Assembly (NCBI GenBank): GCA_010093705.1
Contig: MU006113.1
Location: 181,165-245,164 of the forward strand
Direction of reading: 5' to 3'
Source of the DNA: Patellaria atrata CBS 101060
Lineage: Eukaryota
DNA: 64,000 nt
This document shows, one piece after another, positions 1-12,218 of this stretch (within the stretch, counting starts at the first letter, position 1; each line of letters starts with the position of its first letter). The notes under the pieces are model-generated. The model was given only the letters and a program-made list of their open reading frames with translations, was not told the origin of the DNA and searched no databases. The position numbers and the translations under genes are program-made.

Positions 1-984
1 GCAGTAGATTTGTTTGTATGCGCAGGTCTGACGACGAGTGAATGATTGTTCGTGTCCGGAAGCAGAGTCTTTACAGCCCCACCCGCAAGATAGACGTCCC
101 ACGGTTCTCTGATCCTCTTGGATTACCGAAATATGAGGAGTATGTAGGCGAAATAAAAAATGACGGTCTATATCGCTGATAGCTTTCAAGAGGGTGATGA
201 GTATTCGTTGGGCGATGATGTGGTTGTCCGAGCTGTAGTCAGCCAGTCAAAAAGCCAAGGGCGAGGGAACTCGTGTTGTTTAAAAAGGCTTTCGCGTCGC
301 GAGGGAACAAAGGTGGCGAGACAAGTGACTCGGAGGTTTTGACTGGCTTTGGGTCACCCTGACGATAGGCAGAGATGCTGTGATAAAGTGTGTCTTGTTG
401 TAAAATGGAGAGCACTACCGGAGTACTTTAGAAAGAAGCATGCACCGGGCTGCGGTGGAAGCAATTGCAGATTAACGATGAGGTTTGATTGCTACCGTAG
501 GTAAAAAGAGTTGCTATCGGTCCTTGGTTGTATCGTTTGGCACAACCCAAGGATGCCCGCCTGGATAAACTTGGCGTGTTTGATTATTCACTCATCAGCC
601 TTGCCGTGATCAAAATTTGGTCAAATTCTCCGCGTCACGACCGAGGCTCGGCCTGTCTCATAGCTAATATCACCAGAATAGAAAACTATCGGTGAAGAAA
701 CAAAGGTTATGTCGATAGCTTAGATCGGGTGGATAATCTTTGTTATGATTCCAGCTTGCAAAATAAACAATGCGTCACCACCGTATGCCGGAGAGGGTCT
801 GTGAAGATCGTATTATCACCCTTCCCCATGACGTAAGGATCAAATTAGACTACATTGATATTATCTACAAGAAGATTCATCATCGTCCTTTTATCGTCGG
901 ATCTCAGCATCGAGATGTCCTCCGCGGATTACTATTATTCTCATGTTGCTACCCTCCCAGTCCTGTCTCAATCCACGTGATTGC

Positions 985-3900
985 TCAATATCCACCTAGA
1001 TCGAGGGTGTCCTCCAACAACAAGTTCCTCGAGGAGCTTCCTACATGCACAGTCTTGGGATAGTCTGTAATTACCCAATTCTGGGAGACAGTATCCCAGT
1101 TACTCAAATCTCTGCGTGTGAGGTCTGCAGAGAAGGTTACGGACTGACCGGGGCCGATGGAAAGCCTGTCGAAGTTACGTAGAACTACGCGTGGATCGTT
1201 CGGGCCACCGAGCGAGACGTACAACTGAACGATTTCCTCGCCAGTAAGTGTGCCGTTATTTGTAATAGTAGCAGTCACGGTGAATAGAACATCATAGAGC
1301 TGGGGATTGCCTCCCGGAGCACCACCAGCAGGAACTCGGGGTTGAGGAGATCCATCGGTCGCGCCTTCCGGGATGTAGTCAGATATAGGGGAGCCATAAT
1401 CAGTATGATTGTAGGATTCCTCCAGATCAGTGCTGTTGAGGTAGGGATAGATGTAAAGGGGAACACGGGTGACGTTTTCGGGGAACTGGTACTCGGACGG
1501 GTCCGTACTGAAGTTTCCAAGAACAGGCGCCGCTTTGGTAGTCCCGGTCGTGGGGGTATAAGGGCCTACTTGGTGCTTTTGAACGTTGAGGCCAGAGTAG
1601 GAAAACGTCGTATAGCTCAGGCCAAACCCGAATTCAAAGACAGGTTCTATATCTGCCTTGTCGAAGGCACGATAATCGATGAACACACCCTCCTCGAAGT
1701 TTTGCTGCGGAACAAGCCCGTTAGGTTCGTACATAACGTCAGTTTGGTAGTCCTCGCGCGAAGAACCGATCGTAAATGGAAGTTTCCCACCAGGATTAAC
1801 ACGTCCGTATAGGATATCAGCAATCGCGTTTCCAGACTGCTCGCCGGGGAGACCTGCCCAAAGGATAGCGGTGACATTTGGGTTTTCGTAGAAGCTGTTG
1901 ACCAAAACCGGACCGACCGTGTGCATAACTACGATTGTATTGTTGCAAACTGCGGTAACGTTCTGAATCAAAGCATCGCCACCTCCCCAAAGCGTCAAAT
2001 TCCTGCGATCGCCTTCATTGCCATCGTAGTTAATAAAGCCCTCGCCGCTATCAGCATTAACGAAGACGATTGCAACCGATGCCTGGGATGCCTCCGCAAT
2101 AATCTCCCCGTAGGCGTAATCGTCGGTCACTGACACGATAATACCGTAGTTTTTAAGGACCTCGTTTTGGATAGCAGTGAGCGGCGAGACAAGATAAGGA
2201 AAATCCGCAGTTCCAGAGCCCCAACCCATAGCAAGCGTTCCATTTCTACAGCCGCGATTAGGGCAGCCATTGGGTCCATAAGGAGCATCTTCGGCGTCAT
2301 TGCCGAACACTGCCGTGAAAGATTCTTTTCCAGTTAGGGGTAGTGCACCATTGACATTCTTTAAGAGCACTGTCGACCGGGCCGCTGCATCGCGGATTCT
2401 AGCACCGTGACCCTCTCGAACGTCAACATGCTCGTTGATTAATCCGTAGTTGAAGCCCACAAAAGGATGTTGATACCCGTACGTAGCCTTATTCCACGAA
2501 TTGAAGTTGGTGGGAGTATGAGCCGTATCACGTCCAACATAATAGTATGCAGCCATGATGCGAGTAACCATATCATCAAGACGCCACTCTGGGATAGTGC
2601 CATTGAGCATGGAGATGGTCAAGTTGGTCCCCCAGTAGGATAAGCCCGTATTGAAAGAGGTATCACCTGGCATAGTCATATCCAGACCGGCTAATGTAGA
2701 GCTGACACCAGCATGCTGCGCCTGCCAGTCGCTGAGGATAAATCCCTGGAAACCGAGTTCCCCTTTGAGTAGATAATTTTGTATGTAGCTATTTTGACAA
2801 CCGTAGCTGTTGTTGATCTGGTTATAAGAGCACATTATAGCTCCAGTGCCAGCACGAACAGCATCCGCGAAAGGCCAGAGATATAATTCATGCATAGTAA
2901 CATCGTCCAAGTTAGAACTCAAGCTTTCTGTGATATTGTATCCGTAACCACGGCCTTCTGGCCCTTGGCGGAAGTGTTCTTGCTCATTAGCAATGAAATG
3001 TTTCGTGCAAGCAATGACACCGGTATCTTGAATTCCACGAATGGTTTCGGCAACTGCAATGCCTGAGAGAACGGGATCTGGGCTGAAACCTGATGGACGA
3101 TATCAGCGCAATGAGCAGGATCGAAGGTACAGTAGCAGTTGCTCACCTTCCCAGTTCCTTCCGCCAGCTGGCATTCGTCCAAGCGGCCCAACTACAGGGC
3201 CAAGCATGACATCAACACCCTTCATGCGGAATTCGGTGCCCATATCGTAACCACGTTGATACCAGAGTCCTCTGTCCCATGCCGCGGCTACGGTGCCACC
3301 AGCCGTGAAAGCAGACACGCGGTCAGCTAAGTTACTTGTTAGTTACGGTGGACAGAACCTTGAAATCATTGAAGCAGGGAGAATGTAAGCATAATTTAGG
3401 GGTGTGTTTCGTTCCTTGGGTGGGGCTCTGAAGAGAGCAGATCGTTAAGGAATGAAACGGTACCGTCCAGCAGCTTTTACGTACCGAATCTGATACCCAG
3501 AGGAGAATCTTGCAGGCACAACGAATGTAAACCTAATCTAGGTACTGCACCAACATTTCCGACGCAAGCTTCGCCTTCCCAGCTGTTTATGTCAGCTATT
3601 CTTCACATTTTGCTAGTGTAAACAAATAAAGCACTTACCCGACACCAGTAGAAATGTTGACTTTTTCCACGAGGGTCAATTGACTAACAAAGTCTTGCGC
3701 CTTTCGATAAGCTTCAGCCCATCCTCCAGATCCATCTATCCATGGAGTGGGGTACTTTGGAGGGGAGGTAGCGTTGTCTAGGGTTTCATTGCTCTGATCT
3801 AAGTTAACGATGCTCGTCCTGAGTTCACATTCCTGCGAGAAACAGGCGCATAGCAAGTAGGTTAATGGAGCGAAAAAGGCAGGTAGATTAAAAGGGTTCA

Positions 3901-4019
3901 TTTATGAATATCACAAAGCAGTAATATGAAATGTCTGAAGCATTAAGGTAGAGGTTACATACAATGACTTGTGAGCGAACCAAAGTGGCTGCAAGAAACA
4001 ACGCGGAGCGAAGCTTCAT
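985..4019 (-). CDS. Secreted glycoside hydrolase family 3 beta-glucosidase (BglA/BGL1 type), 5 exons
   Basis: ATG at 4019 gives signal peptide MKLRSALFLAATLVRSQVI. Exons about 4019-3963, 3793-3639, 3582-3485, 3326-3147 and 3089-985 with GT-AG introns. Motifs SPPKYPTPW, GGRNWEGF, KHFIANEQEHFRQ, nucleophile GFILSDW, C-terminal FnIII-like domain. Confidence 0.96.
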
Positions 4020-4283
4020 CGCGTCTGATTAGCGAGAGCGCCTCCCGTCCTTGGTGGTAACGATGGGCAACGAGACGAAAAGCAACAGTGGGATGAAGCG
4101 TTTCGAGACGTAGGGGAAGGAGTGAGAATGAACTTAAGTAGGAGGAACGAGTATTTATTTCAATAATGCGTGCGTGAGTGAGTCGCGATGGCCAAAAAGC
4201 TGGAAGAGGCTACCACGTTCGAGCAAGTAGTTGCTTCCTGCCGTGGAAAATGTCCCCAAGCTCTCCGAAGCTATTCCTGGGCT

Positions 4284-4430
4284 CCCCAGCCGTTTAGTCT
4301 GCACGGGTCTGCTATGACTTCAACTTTTCTCCACAAGCTAGGTGAAACTAGTCAGCGCCAACCCTTTTGAGGGCGGCGGCCTAACCCCTTTTTGAAAGAA
4401 ATCCCAAAGTCAATGGAAATGTTACCCCAG
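4284..4430 (-). promoter_or_regulatory. Three CreA/CRE-1-type SYGGRG sites upstream of the GH3 gene
   Basis: Minus-strand CTGGGG at 4284-4289 and 4425-4430, GTGGAG at 4329-4334, all within about 410 bp of the ATG. Short motif, so chance matches are possible. Confidence 0.4.
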
Positions 4431-7400
4431 GGGTCCTCTTTGCCCAGGCATGCCAGATCAGCTTTTCACCTGTTCATCCTGCAATGACGATCACCGTTCA
4501 ATAATCATTTTGGTTCCTTATTCCCTATGCGCATAAGTGTTGACATGGCAACTCAACTCATGTTACATGGCTTTAACAAATTTGAACAGCGTCGAAGTAC
4601 AAGTTACGTGTTGGAATCTATACTCGAGTCCTCCCTGTATAAGGTAGTCATCAGTTGCGAATGATAGTCCCAAAGGCCCCTTACCTACAATCCTCTAAGA
4701 ACCGCGTACCCTTACTTCTGCAATTTCTCCTTCAGGCCCAGCGAAATCTCCTGAGGTGCTTACGGTCTCATTTCGGATGTTCCTGATGGATGGCCTGTCG
4801 TGCCTGTAGGACCAAAGGTATCGTTCACGTTACTTGACTTGGACGAGAAAATTTGTTGCATCCCCCATACACACATCCATCTGCATCCTGCACCGCCCGA
4901 GAAGCTCATGACCCCGATCAAATTTTTCTCATCTATCAGTGCGGAACGGTCGGTTCAAGATCGAAAGAAGGACATCCTTCGGCATTCTTCATTGGTCAAC
5001 ATTTAAGACTTCCGACTCCATGACTGATGTGAATAGAAGGCGATGGAGTTACTCAGAAGCGGGGTTATAGAGTAGCACGACGACGTTGTACTCGCACGGT
5101 AAAACGAGCGACAACAAGATTTCCATCAGCGCCTCATCCGTTCAGTCACGAATCATGACTGTGGTGGTAATATTCCGATCTCCCTCCGGCTTTTGAGCTT
5201 CCTGAAATGGTGTGGAGCGTTGAACATACCGCAAGCCACCCCGACATGGCCTAACTACCCCGGACGCCCCCCCTTGGCCTTGGACATATTGATTTGAACC
5301 CTTACGCCGGGAAACTGTTTCTCATCTACTCTAAGCTCCAGGATTCCATAAGCACTGTTTAATTAATCTTGTGATCCGCGTCTGGGGAACTGCTTGTTCA
5401 TCGAGCCTCCCTATGAGGAGATACCCGTGCCGTGCAATACATGTATTCCCAGTACTTCCAATAACACTGGAAACGGAAGACCAGTGGATACGGCGTGAAA
5501 AGAGCTCAATTCATGAGCTAAATCGAGGGAAAGCGGGTTACGCCTCCGAGGTACGACCATATTGCTAACGCCGCCTGCTAACCATCTATTCTTGCATCTG
5601 CGTACAGTACATCATATGTGTGTCAGACCTTTCATTCAAGATTCGAGTCGACAATCCGAGCCAGGTATTATATTACGAGACGACCTAATTCTCAACGGTC
5701 CAAGCATAATCCGAAGAACCGCATGCACGCTGCTCATGGAGTCCGATACGACTATGCTCCAACCGATCATATGGTCGCCAGCCAGGTTCTTGGGGTACCA
5801 CGGGCTTTCCAACCCAGATTAAGTTGTCTGGGATAGTACTGCTGGATTCGAGGAAAGTATGCGAATTTTGGGCTCCTTACAAGATCAGAGAGTGGGAAGA
5901 AGAGTTCGTAAGTGGAGTTTTGCTAACACAGACAACGGAAGATGAGTACTGTATACACAGTCTTCCGAACAGGTTGTCCAGAACGTTCGTTTCGAGCATC
6001 CAGTTATCAGAACTGATAGAGTCCTAGTGAGAGTCTACCTTTATCAAGAAGTTCCGTAAATGGGACCCATCAGGGCTAGAAACTATTCTCATGCACCTTC
6101 TTGTCGAGTTTTACTCTCATTCTATTAAAGTAGCCCTCCCTTTTCTTCTCTTACAGTGTCAATCTGCTTTCTTTCCAGTATTATCTGACTCTCTTTCCAG
6201 GATGTTCATGTTTCCATCTATTTACCATTTGCTTTCCTGCTAAAAGATCTTATTTTTCACCGAGTAGCATTTAGATTGCTTCTAATAGCTGTTTTGCTTT
6301 GATTCTAGTACTAGAGATTCTCCCTCTTGTCAAAAAATTATTATTTTTTTTTTTTGCTATCCATCTGTTCCCTCTCTCATCTTGCTTCTCTTTCCCCCTC
6401 ATATGTTTTTCACCCCTTAACTCACACGAAGTTGGGTGATCTGCTATGCGTACATATCAATATCCTCGTAGAAGTCATGAATCTTCCTACGCATTTCACA
6501 ATTTTGCAGTACCGGCTCACTCCAGTGAGGGACTTACAGTCAAAGATCCGGTTATATTCTTTTCCACAGCACCCGGCGTTATAAGGGATTTGGTTGGTTC
6601 TGTTTGGAGCTCTATATCCTAAGGAGATCACCGTGGACTATCCGGCAGATGTCTGAGGACTGTGATGCAAATCTCGTTTTAACTTTAAAGGAATACTTTT
6701 TCTCGGTATTGACAGAAGGTTGAGTTTTAGCGTAAAACCTTTCGAATCTGCTATTCTTTAATATTGCCTAGATCCACAAGCAGATCATTGTAATTCCTGG
6801 AGGGATAGTGTCTGGAAGGAAGATCTATCCGGTAATAATGGCATACCTACATTCTGAACGGACTGGATGAAGTCTAAGTGCGTTATGTTGATTATCCAAC
6901 GCAAATACGAACGGCCTGTGAGCACCCTTTCCTCAGTTTGATCTGATATAATTGAACGAGGCCTTGATCCTTCCTTCCCCGGCAAACCCACATCCTCGAC
7001 GGCGTAACAAGTATTCCATGAGTACCTGAAAGTTTCTCCTTGAGCATTTTTCAATATTTCACTGTCAACGGCGCCATTATCTTACGAGGGTCGGACGATC
7101 TTCGCTTCTGACATCACTGAAAGATATCTTGTAAGCCTCACATACCATTGTAAAAGATACCGCTGCTACGCTTAACCAATAACCGGAGGCGATGCATCAG
7201 TTTGTAATTATAAGACTGGCAGGGAGGCTTTGGACCTTAATTTCTGAGATAATCCATGGATGTCGCTATTGTAAGTACGTTCAACACCTAAGAAACTATT
7301 CTTACTGTACGGATTCAAGCAGTACTTGTGAAATAAGAGTGTCAGGGCTCGATATATATCTCTGAAACCCATTTCCCAGGTTTCTGTGCGGTCATGTGGA

Positions 7401-8379
7401 GGGGTCTGCTAGTACAATAACTTCCTATTCTCCACGGTCTCTTATTAGGCCTACATACGTTGCTCTTGGACTGCTGTCATATGAAGATCTCTACCATTAG
7501 TTCTTAATAGCTTCGGTATCTCTATTCTTCGGAAGGTTTCCTGCGTTCTTGGGTCCTTTCCGGTTCGGCTAGCTACTTGAGGACTATTCAGTGCCTGGCG
7601 AGGGAAATTATTAAGGGATCTTCGGTTTAGCAAAGCATTGTACCGGTCTCAAGCTTTCACTGCTCTGACAGACTCCTTGATTATGCGCTAAGCTTTGGCT
7701 CTTTAGTTTAGTTGTTACCGCCGTGAAAAGTGTCAGTGTGGGCTTGCCTAATGCTGTGTTGGCGTGAGGAGACTGGTTTTAGTTGACAGATGAGTTTATA
7801 TTCCTTATAAGAGAACTGAGAGGATCCAAATTTCACTAGAGTTGACAAGGGATAAGAACTCTAGAAGACAACGATCGATTGCGTTTAGTCAAACTTCAGT
7901 TTTGGGAAAAAGATGTCTGTTTAGTGTTTGGGTTGAACATTGGGCATACCCACTGATCACACGGTTCTTCCACCACAACTATCAAGCTCCGAAAGACCAC
8001 TATCTCCAATCCTAACGCGAAACCTTAGCAACAGATTCTACGGATAGAGTCTGCTTGGTCTCGTGGCATTTTCTCCCCTCAGGAACTTTAACGTAGCTTC
8101 TCGCTCCAAAAGGTATGCTATCCTCAATGATCTTCACTTATCTTCAATCTATGCTTTACATTCTGCTTGCGCTTTATTGGGATGAGAAGGATTTCCCTCT
8201 CAAACATTGAATCTGAGGATTTCGATAAGCTGTTAAGGGCTGTACAGGCGGCTTGATTTTACTACTCTTGGAAATTTCAGACGAGATCAATTTTATCAGA
8301 CCCTCAACTCATGTACAACATCAGCATGGTAACCGGAGAGTGCGGATTTTCTAACGTTTACTAGTAGTATCTTGACAAG

Positions 8380-9303
8380 ATGGCATCAACTTCGATTATA
8401 TCACAAACACCTCGCTTAACTGGTCTCTCGCAGGAGCTCCGCGACCAGATATTTAGATCTTTGTTCCAAGATACTACCCTAACATTTGTCCTCACTGACA
8501 CCTCAAAAATTGTGCGACGAGAGATTAATACAGAAGCAAATAACTTAACGTTGTTGCGCACTTGCAAACAAATCCGCCAGGACGTGAAAGATATATGGAT
8601 CAGGAACTCTTTATTTACATTTGAAGCAGTAGGAGCACTACTCAAGGCAATGACTTCCTGGCCGGTTTATATAGTATCCAAGATTCAGGACGTGAAACTC
8701 GTCCTCAATCATTCCATGCGGCTTAGTGTCCACGCCCCATCGAAGAATACAAAGGATTCGACCAATCTAGGGACCCCGTAGGCATCGTTGAGCTTCTTGG
8801 GATATTATCCAACCTAAAACTCGAGCGGCTCATAATTCAAAACGCTGCACACCTCAGTGTAACATACCTACGAATTCAAGATCTTGTCAAGTACGGGCAC
8901 GGTTGGAGGGAGTTGCGTTACGTCAGAACTACGTCGGATCTGTTGGATTTCGACCATAGAGATCATGTAATTTGGCGTATAGGGTTGTGTCTATGCGATG
9001 GTGATGATTTCCAGAGAGAACCACAACCTGCGGCTTGGACGAAATATTTGTTAGAGAGAGATGGTCAAGAGTCAGGAAGTGTGGTGAAAGTCTACAGGAC
9101 ACGAGAAGAGAGCACTCTTAGGAGGCCCTTGGAGGCCCTTTGAGACCAATGAATGGGCTGACTTTGAGCAGCAGGCTGTGACGGGTAATGGGACTGAAGA
9201 CCAGGGGTTAATGGCGCAGGGAGAGAAGGAGAAAGCTATGATGGTAGTGGTGAAGAGAGGAAAAGACGTGGACATCAAGATAAAGCGGACTCGGGCTCGT
9301 TAG
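8380..9303 (+). pseudogene. Frameshifted gene for a fungal hypothetical protein with an N-terminal F-box-like motif
   Basis: Three frame segments join into one coherent protein: LTGLSQELRDQIFRSLF...LLRTCKQI, then LKLERLII...GHGWRELRYV...REPQPAAW...RDG, then EDQGLMAQGEKEKAMMVVVKRGKDVD to TAG 9301-9303. One-base shift between about 8727 and 8779, and a 10-bp duplication at 9121-9140. Confidence 0.75.
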
Positions 9304-10090
9304 CATCCAGACGGATTACCTTTTGTTCAGAAGGTTCCTGGAAGGGTAACCCTTCCTAATAATGGATGTCGTGCATTTGAAAAATATTGCGAGCAAATCC
9401 TGGTACAGCATCGATGCCGTCCATTTCTGAACAGAGGATATATGGCAACTGCACCGATAGAGCCTTTCTCGTTCTACATTGGGCTCGGGGGCCCCCAGTG
9501 CCACCATATTTGTGTAACGTACCCTTCCACAGCCAACTAACGATTCCCTCTCCCACTTAAAAAGTCTATCTACTAACTTTTAAAACTCCAGTGCTGGAAA
9601 TCATGTTCATGATGGGATATCTGCGATTGTTTCTTCTGATTATATCAGAAAATGCGCCACCTCCTCGACACTTCAGAAAGATCGGATCTCCTTCTCTTCA
9701 GACATCATACCGATCTTGAGCACCTTTCGTACGTCACTTTCATGCCCTGGTATCGGACGACCATTAAAATATCCTGTACAGATTCCTTACCCCGACTTCC
9801 CGACTCATCTACATTCCTAATCCATACCGGCACAGAAACAATTGGCATGGCCCGCAAAGAGGGTCTCGGCTAGATATTGGATGTTTACTCTAATTCCCAG
9901 GTGCATTTGCGATTTTTTAGCTTCAGGCGGGTTCAAAAAGTCAAGTTTGTGTACAGTAGCAGAAGTTTGATAGATGCAATAAAATTTGAACTCCATTCGT
10001 AGGCTATGACGATCCGGTAATGATGACGCTAATTCAGGGGTCTTATAAGGTGTGAAGAAATAAGATAATCCCTTGAACCCCTTACTGTTG

Positions 10091-10232
10091 GGATATATCT
10101 GACTGATATGGTCTATTTACTCCTATCGGGCTTAATCGGGATATGGTAAACTATCGTCTCTAGGATATTTTTACTGATATCGTATATTTGTTCCTGCCGG
10201 GCGGGATGGGTATATAGTAAACTACAAGTCCC
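10091..10232. repeat. Diverged two-copy tandem duplication, unit about 72 bp
   Basis: GGATATATCTGACTGATATGGTCTATTTACTCCTATCGGGC...GTAAACTA recurs from about 10163 as GGATATTTTTACTGATATCGTATATTTGTTCCTGCCGGGC...GTAAACTA. Confidence 0.65.
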
Positions 10233-10260
10233 TTACGTTACACATTACTCTCTACAAGCG

Positions 10261-10340
10261 CCCCTATTTCCCCCTATTTCCCCCTATTTCCCCCTATTTC
10301 CCCCTATTTCCCCCTTTCCCTCTTTATCCCCTTTATCCCC
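10261..10340. repeat. Minisatellite (CCCCTATTTC)x5 plus degenerate copies
   Basis: Five perfect 10-mers at 10261-10310 followed by CCCCTTTCCC TCTTTATCCC CTTTATCCCC. Confidence 0.95.
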
Positions 10341-10347
10341 GTCATAA

Positions 10348-11353
10348 TCAGAACACAACCCACCCCGCAAACCCCCAGACCCACACCACCAACACCTCCA
10401 CCAAACCCCTTCCCAAACCCCTCCCCACACCACCAGTAAACATAGGCGCAGTAAAATTCCCCACCGTCGTCGGCGTCGGCGTAGTGGTGCCGTTCTCCCT
10501 CACCCCCACAGATGCAACTTCGATCGTTGAAGCTGTAGTCGGGATGGTGGTGCTCGTCGTGGTCTCTGTAGTTAGGGAAGTACCAGGAGGGGAGGTAGAT
10601 ATGGGCGCAGAGGTGGAGGTGGAGGTGGAGAGGGGCGGGAAAAGCTCGCCGACTTGGTAGAGGGAGGCGCATTGTGGGAGTGTGAGGGTCTGTTTTGGGG
10701 TTAATTTGACGGGTTGGGTCGAGTTGGGTTGGGGATCTGTTTGATTTTCCTTTTTCTTTTTGGAGGAAGGGGTTTTTTTAAGGGGGGAGAAGTACGTTTT
10801 TGCAGCAGAAGGTATCGCGACCTCTGTCTTGGGCGCAGCGGTAGGATCGGTCGCATGCTTCTGGGGTGGGGTATTAGTTTTTTCTTTGGTTTGACTTCTT
10901 TTTGAGAATAGGGTGGGGGATTGAGCGCTGGTTTTTTTTTTCGCTTGTGGTATGTCTCAGTATCTTGGATTCAACACACCACACTGCGGTGTATATACCA
11001 GGCGTACAAAGACATCAAAATCCCGACACGGAACAGGACAATCTCCTGGGTCTGGGAAACCGGACTGAGTACTTACTCCCTCGTCCGTTGGGACAGCATG
11101 TCTGTCCCGCGCTGGGATCGTAGCAAAAGAGCGCTAGATCTGTAGACGCTTCACACGGCTCGAACGCGGATCCGCAGGCCTCCGCGCACGTTTCCCCAGA
11201 ATCGCAGGCCCCATACTGAGGGGGATAGCCGTCTTGTCGTGGCAGAAGAGCATATGGATCGTTTATGATGTTGATGTAGAAGTGTTTTGCGGGTTGGTGG
11301 TCGGATGCTGTTGCAGTCCATGTGAGGAGTGGGATGAGAAATATGGGATTCAT
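10348..11353 (-). CDS. Secreted Cys-rich, Ser/Thr-rich, probably GPI-anchored surface protein (resembles fungal CRoW-domain-annotated proteins), 3 exons
   Basis: Signal peptide MNPIFLIPLLTWTATA. Exons 11353-11077, 10860-10796 and 10689-10348 splice in frame. Cys pattern C..GETCAEACG...C...FC...QTCC..G.ACD...C......CC...CA, Thr-rich stalk, hydrophobic tail LVEVLVVWVWGFAGWVVF. Confidence 0.85.
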
Positions 11354-11587
11354 GGCTGTGCTGGTCGATGTATAGTGAAATTAAGGGTGCTGCAGAGCAT
11401 TTTACGTCTTATTCCAAGTGGTATTAGGAACTGAGGGCGGTACGATACTCCTGGAAGCGGAATCAGTTTGAATCATCATTTTCATTGAAGTTTGACCGGT
11501 CGAATGTGATTGATAACTAAACATGCATATGGCTTGCTTTTGCTCCTTATTGTTGAGGGCTTTACGTGCACGCCGTTATACTGTTGT

Positions 11588-11643
11588 TCTAATGTGATGT
11601 CTAATGTGATGTCTAATGTGATGTCTAATGTGATGTCTAATGT
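11588..11643. repeat. Tandem repeat (TCTAATGTGATG)x4.7
   Basis: Four perfect 12-mers and a partial fifth between the divergent surface-protein and membrane-protein genes. Confidence 0.95.
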
Positions 11644-12218
11644 TTGCCTAATTTGCTGGGATTAGGAGAAGATTATGCCAAATCCGGCGATAACAGAGCT
11701 CCGTAAAGTGAATTATTTAGCGAAGGCGTCAATGGAGCAAGCTGACCTGTCGATCACGACAAAATTCGCAAGTTTCCAAACTCTTGAAGCTCTTCTCTGT
11801 GGTGTAATGCGAATTGTTTTGATTGGAAGATTGGGACGCGTAGCTGGTGTTGAATATTGTCTTGAACATAGATGTGGTATATAACGACCTCTTTGCAGGG
11901 GTAAATGCGCAGAACTGAATCGGGTATGTAATTCTGTTCATTATTCGCAATTCAGCTGATGTCTAACTGAAAGTATATTCACCGGTCAACAAGATTGCTG
12001 AAAAGTAAAAGGATCTACGAAATTTGAAATGTAGGATAGTAATATCGATCAAATGCGAATGTTCAAAAGTTCGCTCTGGTCTGATTCCGATATACCAGGG
12101 AAGTTTCTATCATATTACCGCCGGCCTTGAATCTGGTGTGTTCATGTTGGCTTCACTCTGAGCTATCCGGCGTTCTCATATCATTGGAAATCCGTCTGAC
12201 AGTTTTCACGCATGAGAA

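Noticed and set aside
1..700. 60-aa ORF at 160-342 and MCB/SCB-like TTTCGCGTCGCG near 290
   Set aside because: The ORF has no recognisable features. The region looks like the promoter or 5' UTR of a gene beyond the left edge, which cannot be confirmed here.
1342..1812. 156-aa + ORF and similar antisense ORFs (16493-17137, 46083-46673, 57802-58329, 62231-62806)
   Set aside because: Antisense shadows of well-supported coding genes.
6422..6631. CCGKEYNRIFDCK resembling a C2H2 zinc finger
   Set aside because: Lacks the His ligands and correct spacing, and no consistent splice model rescues it.
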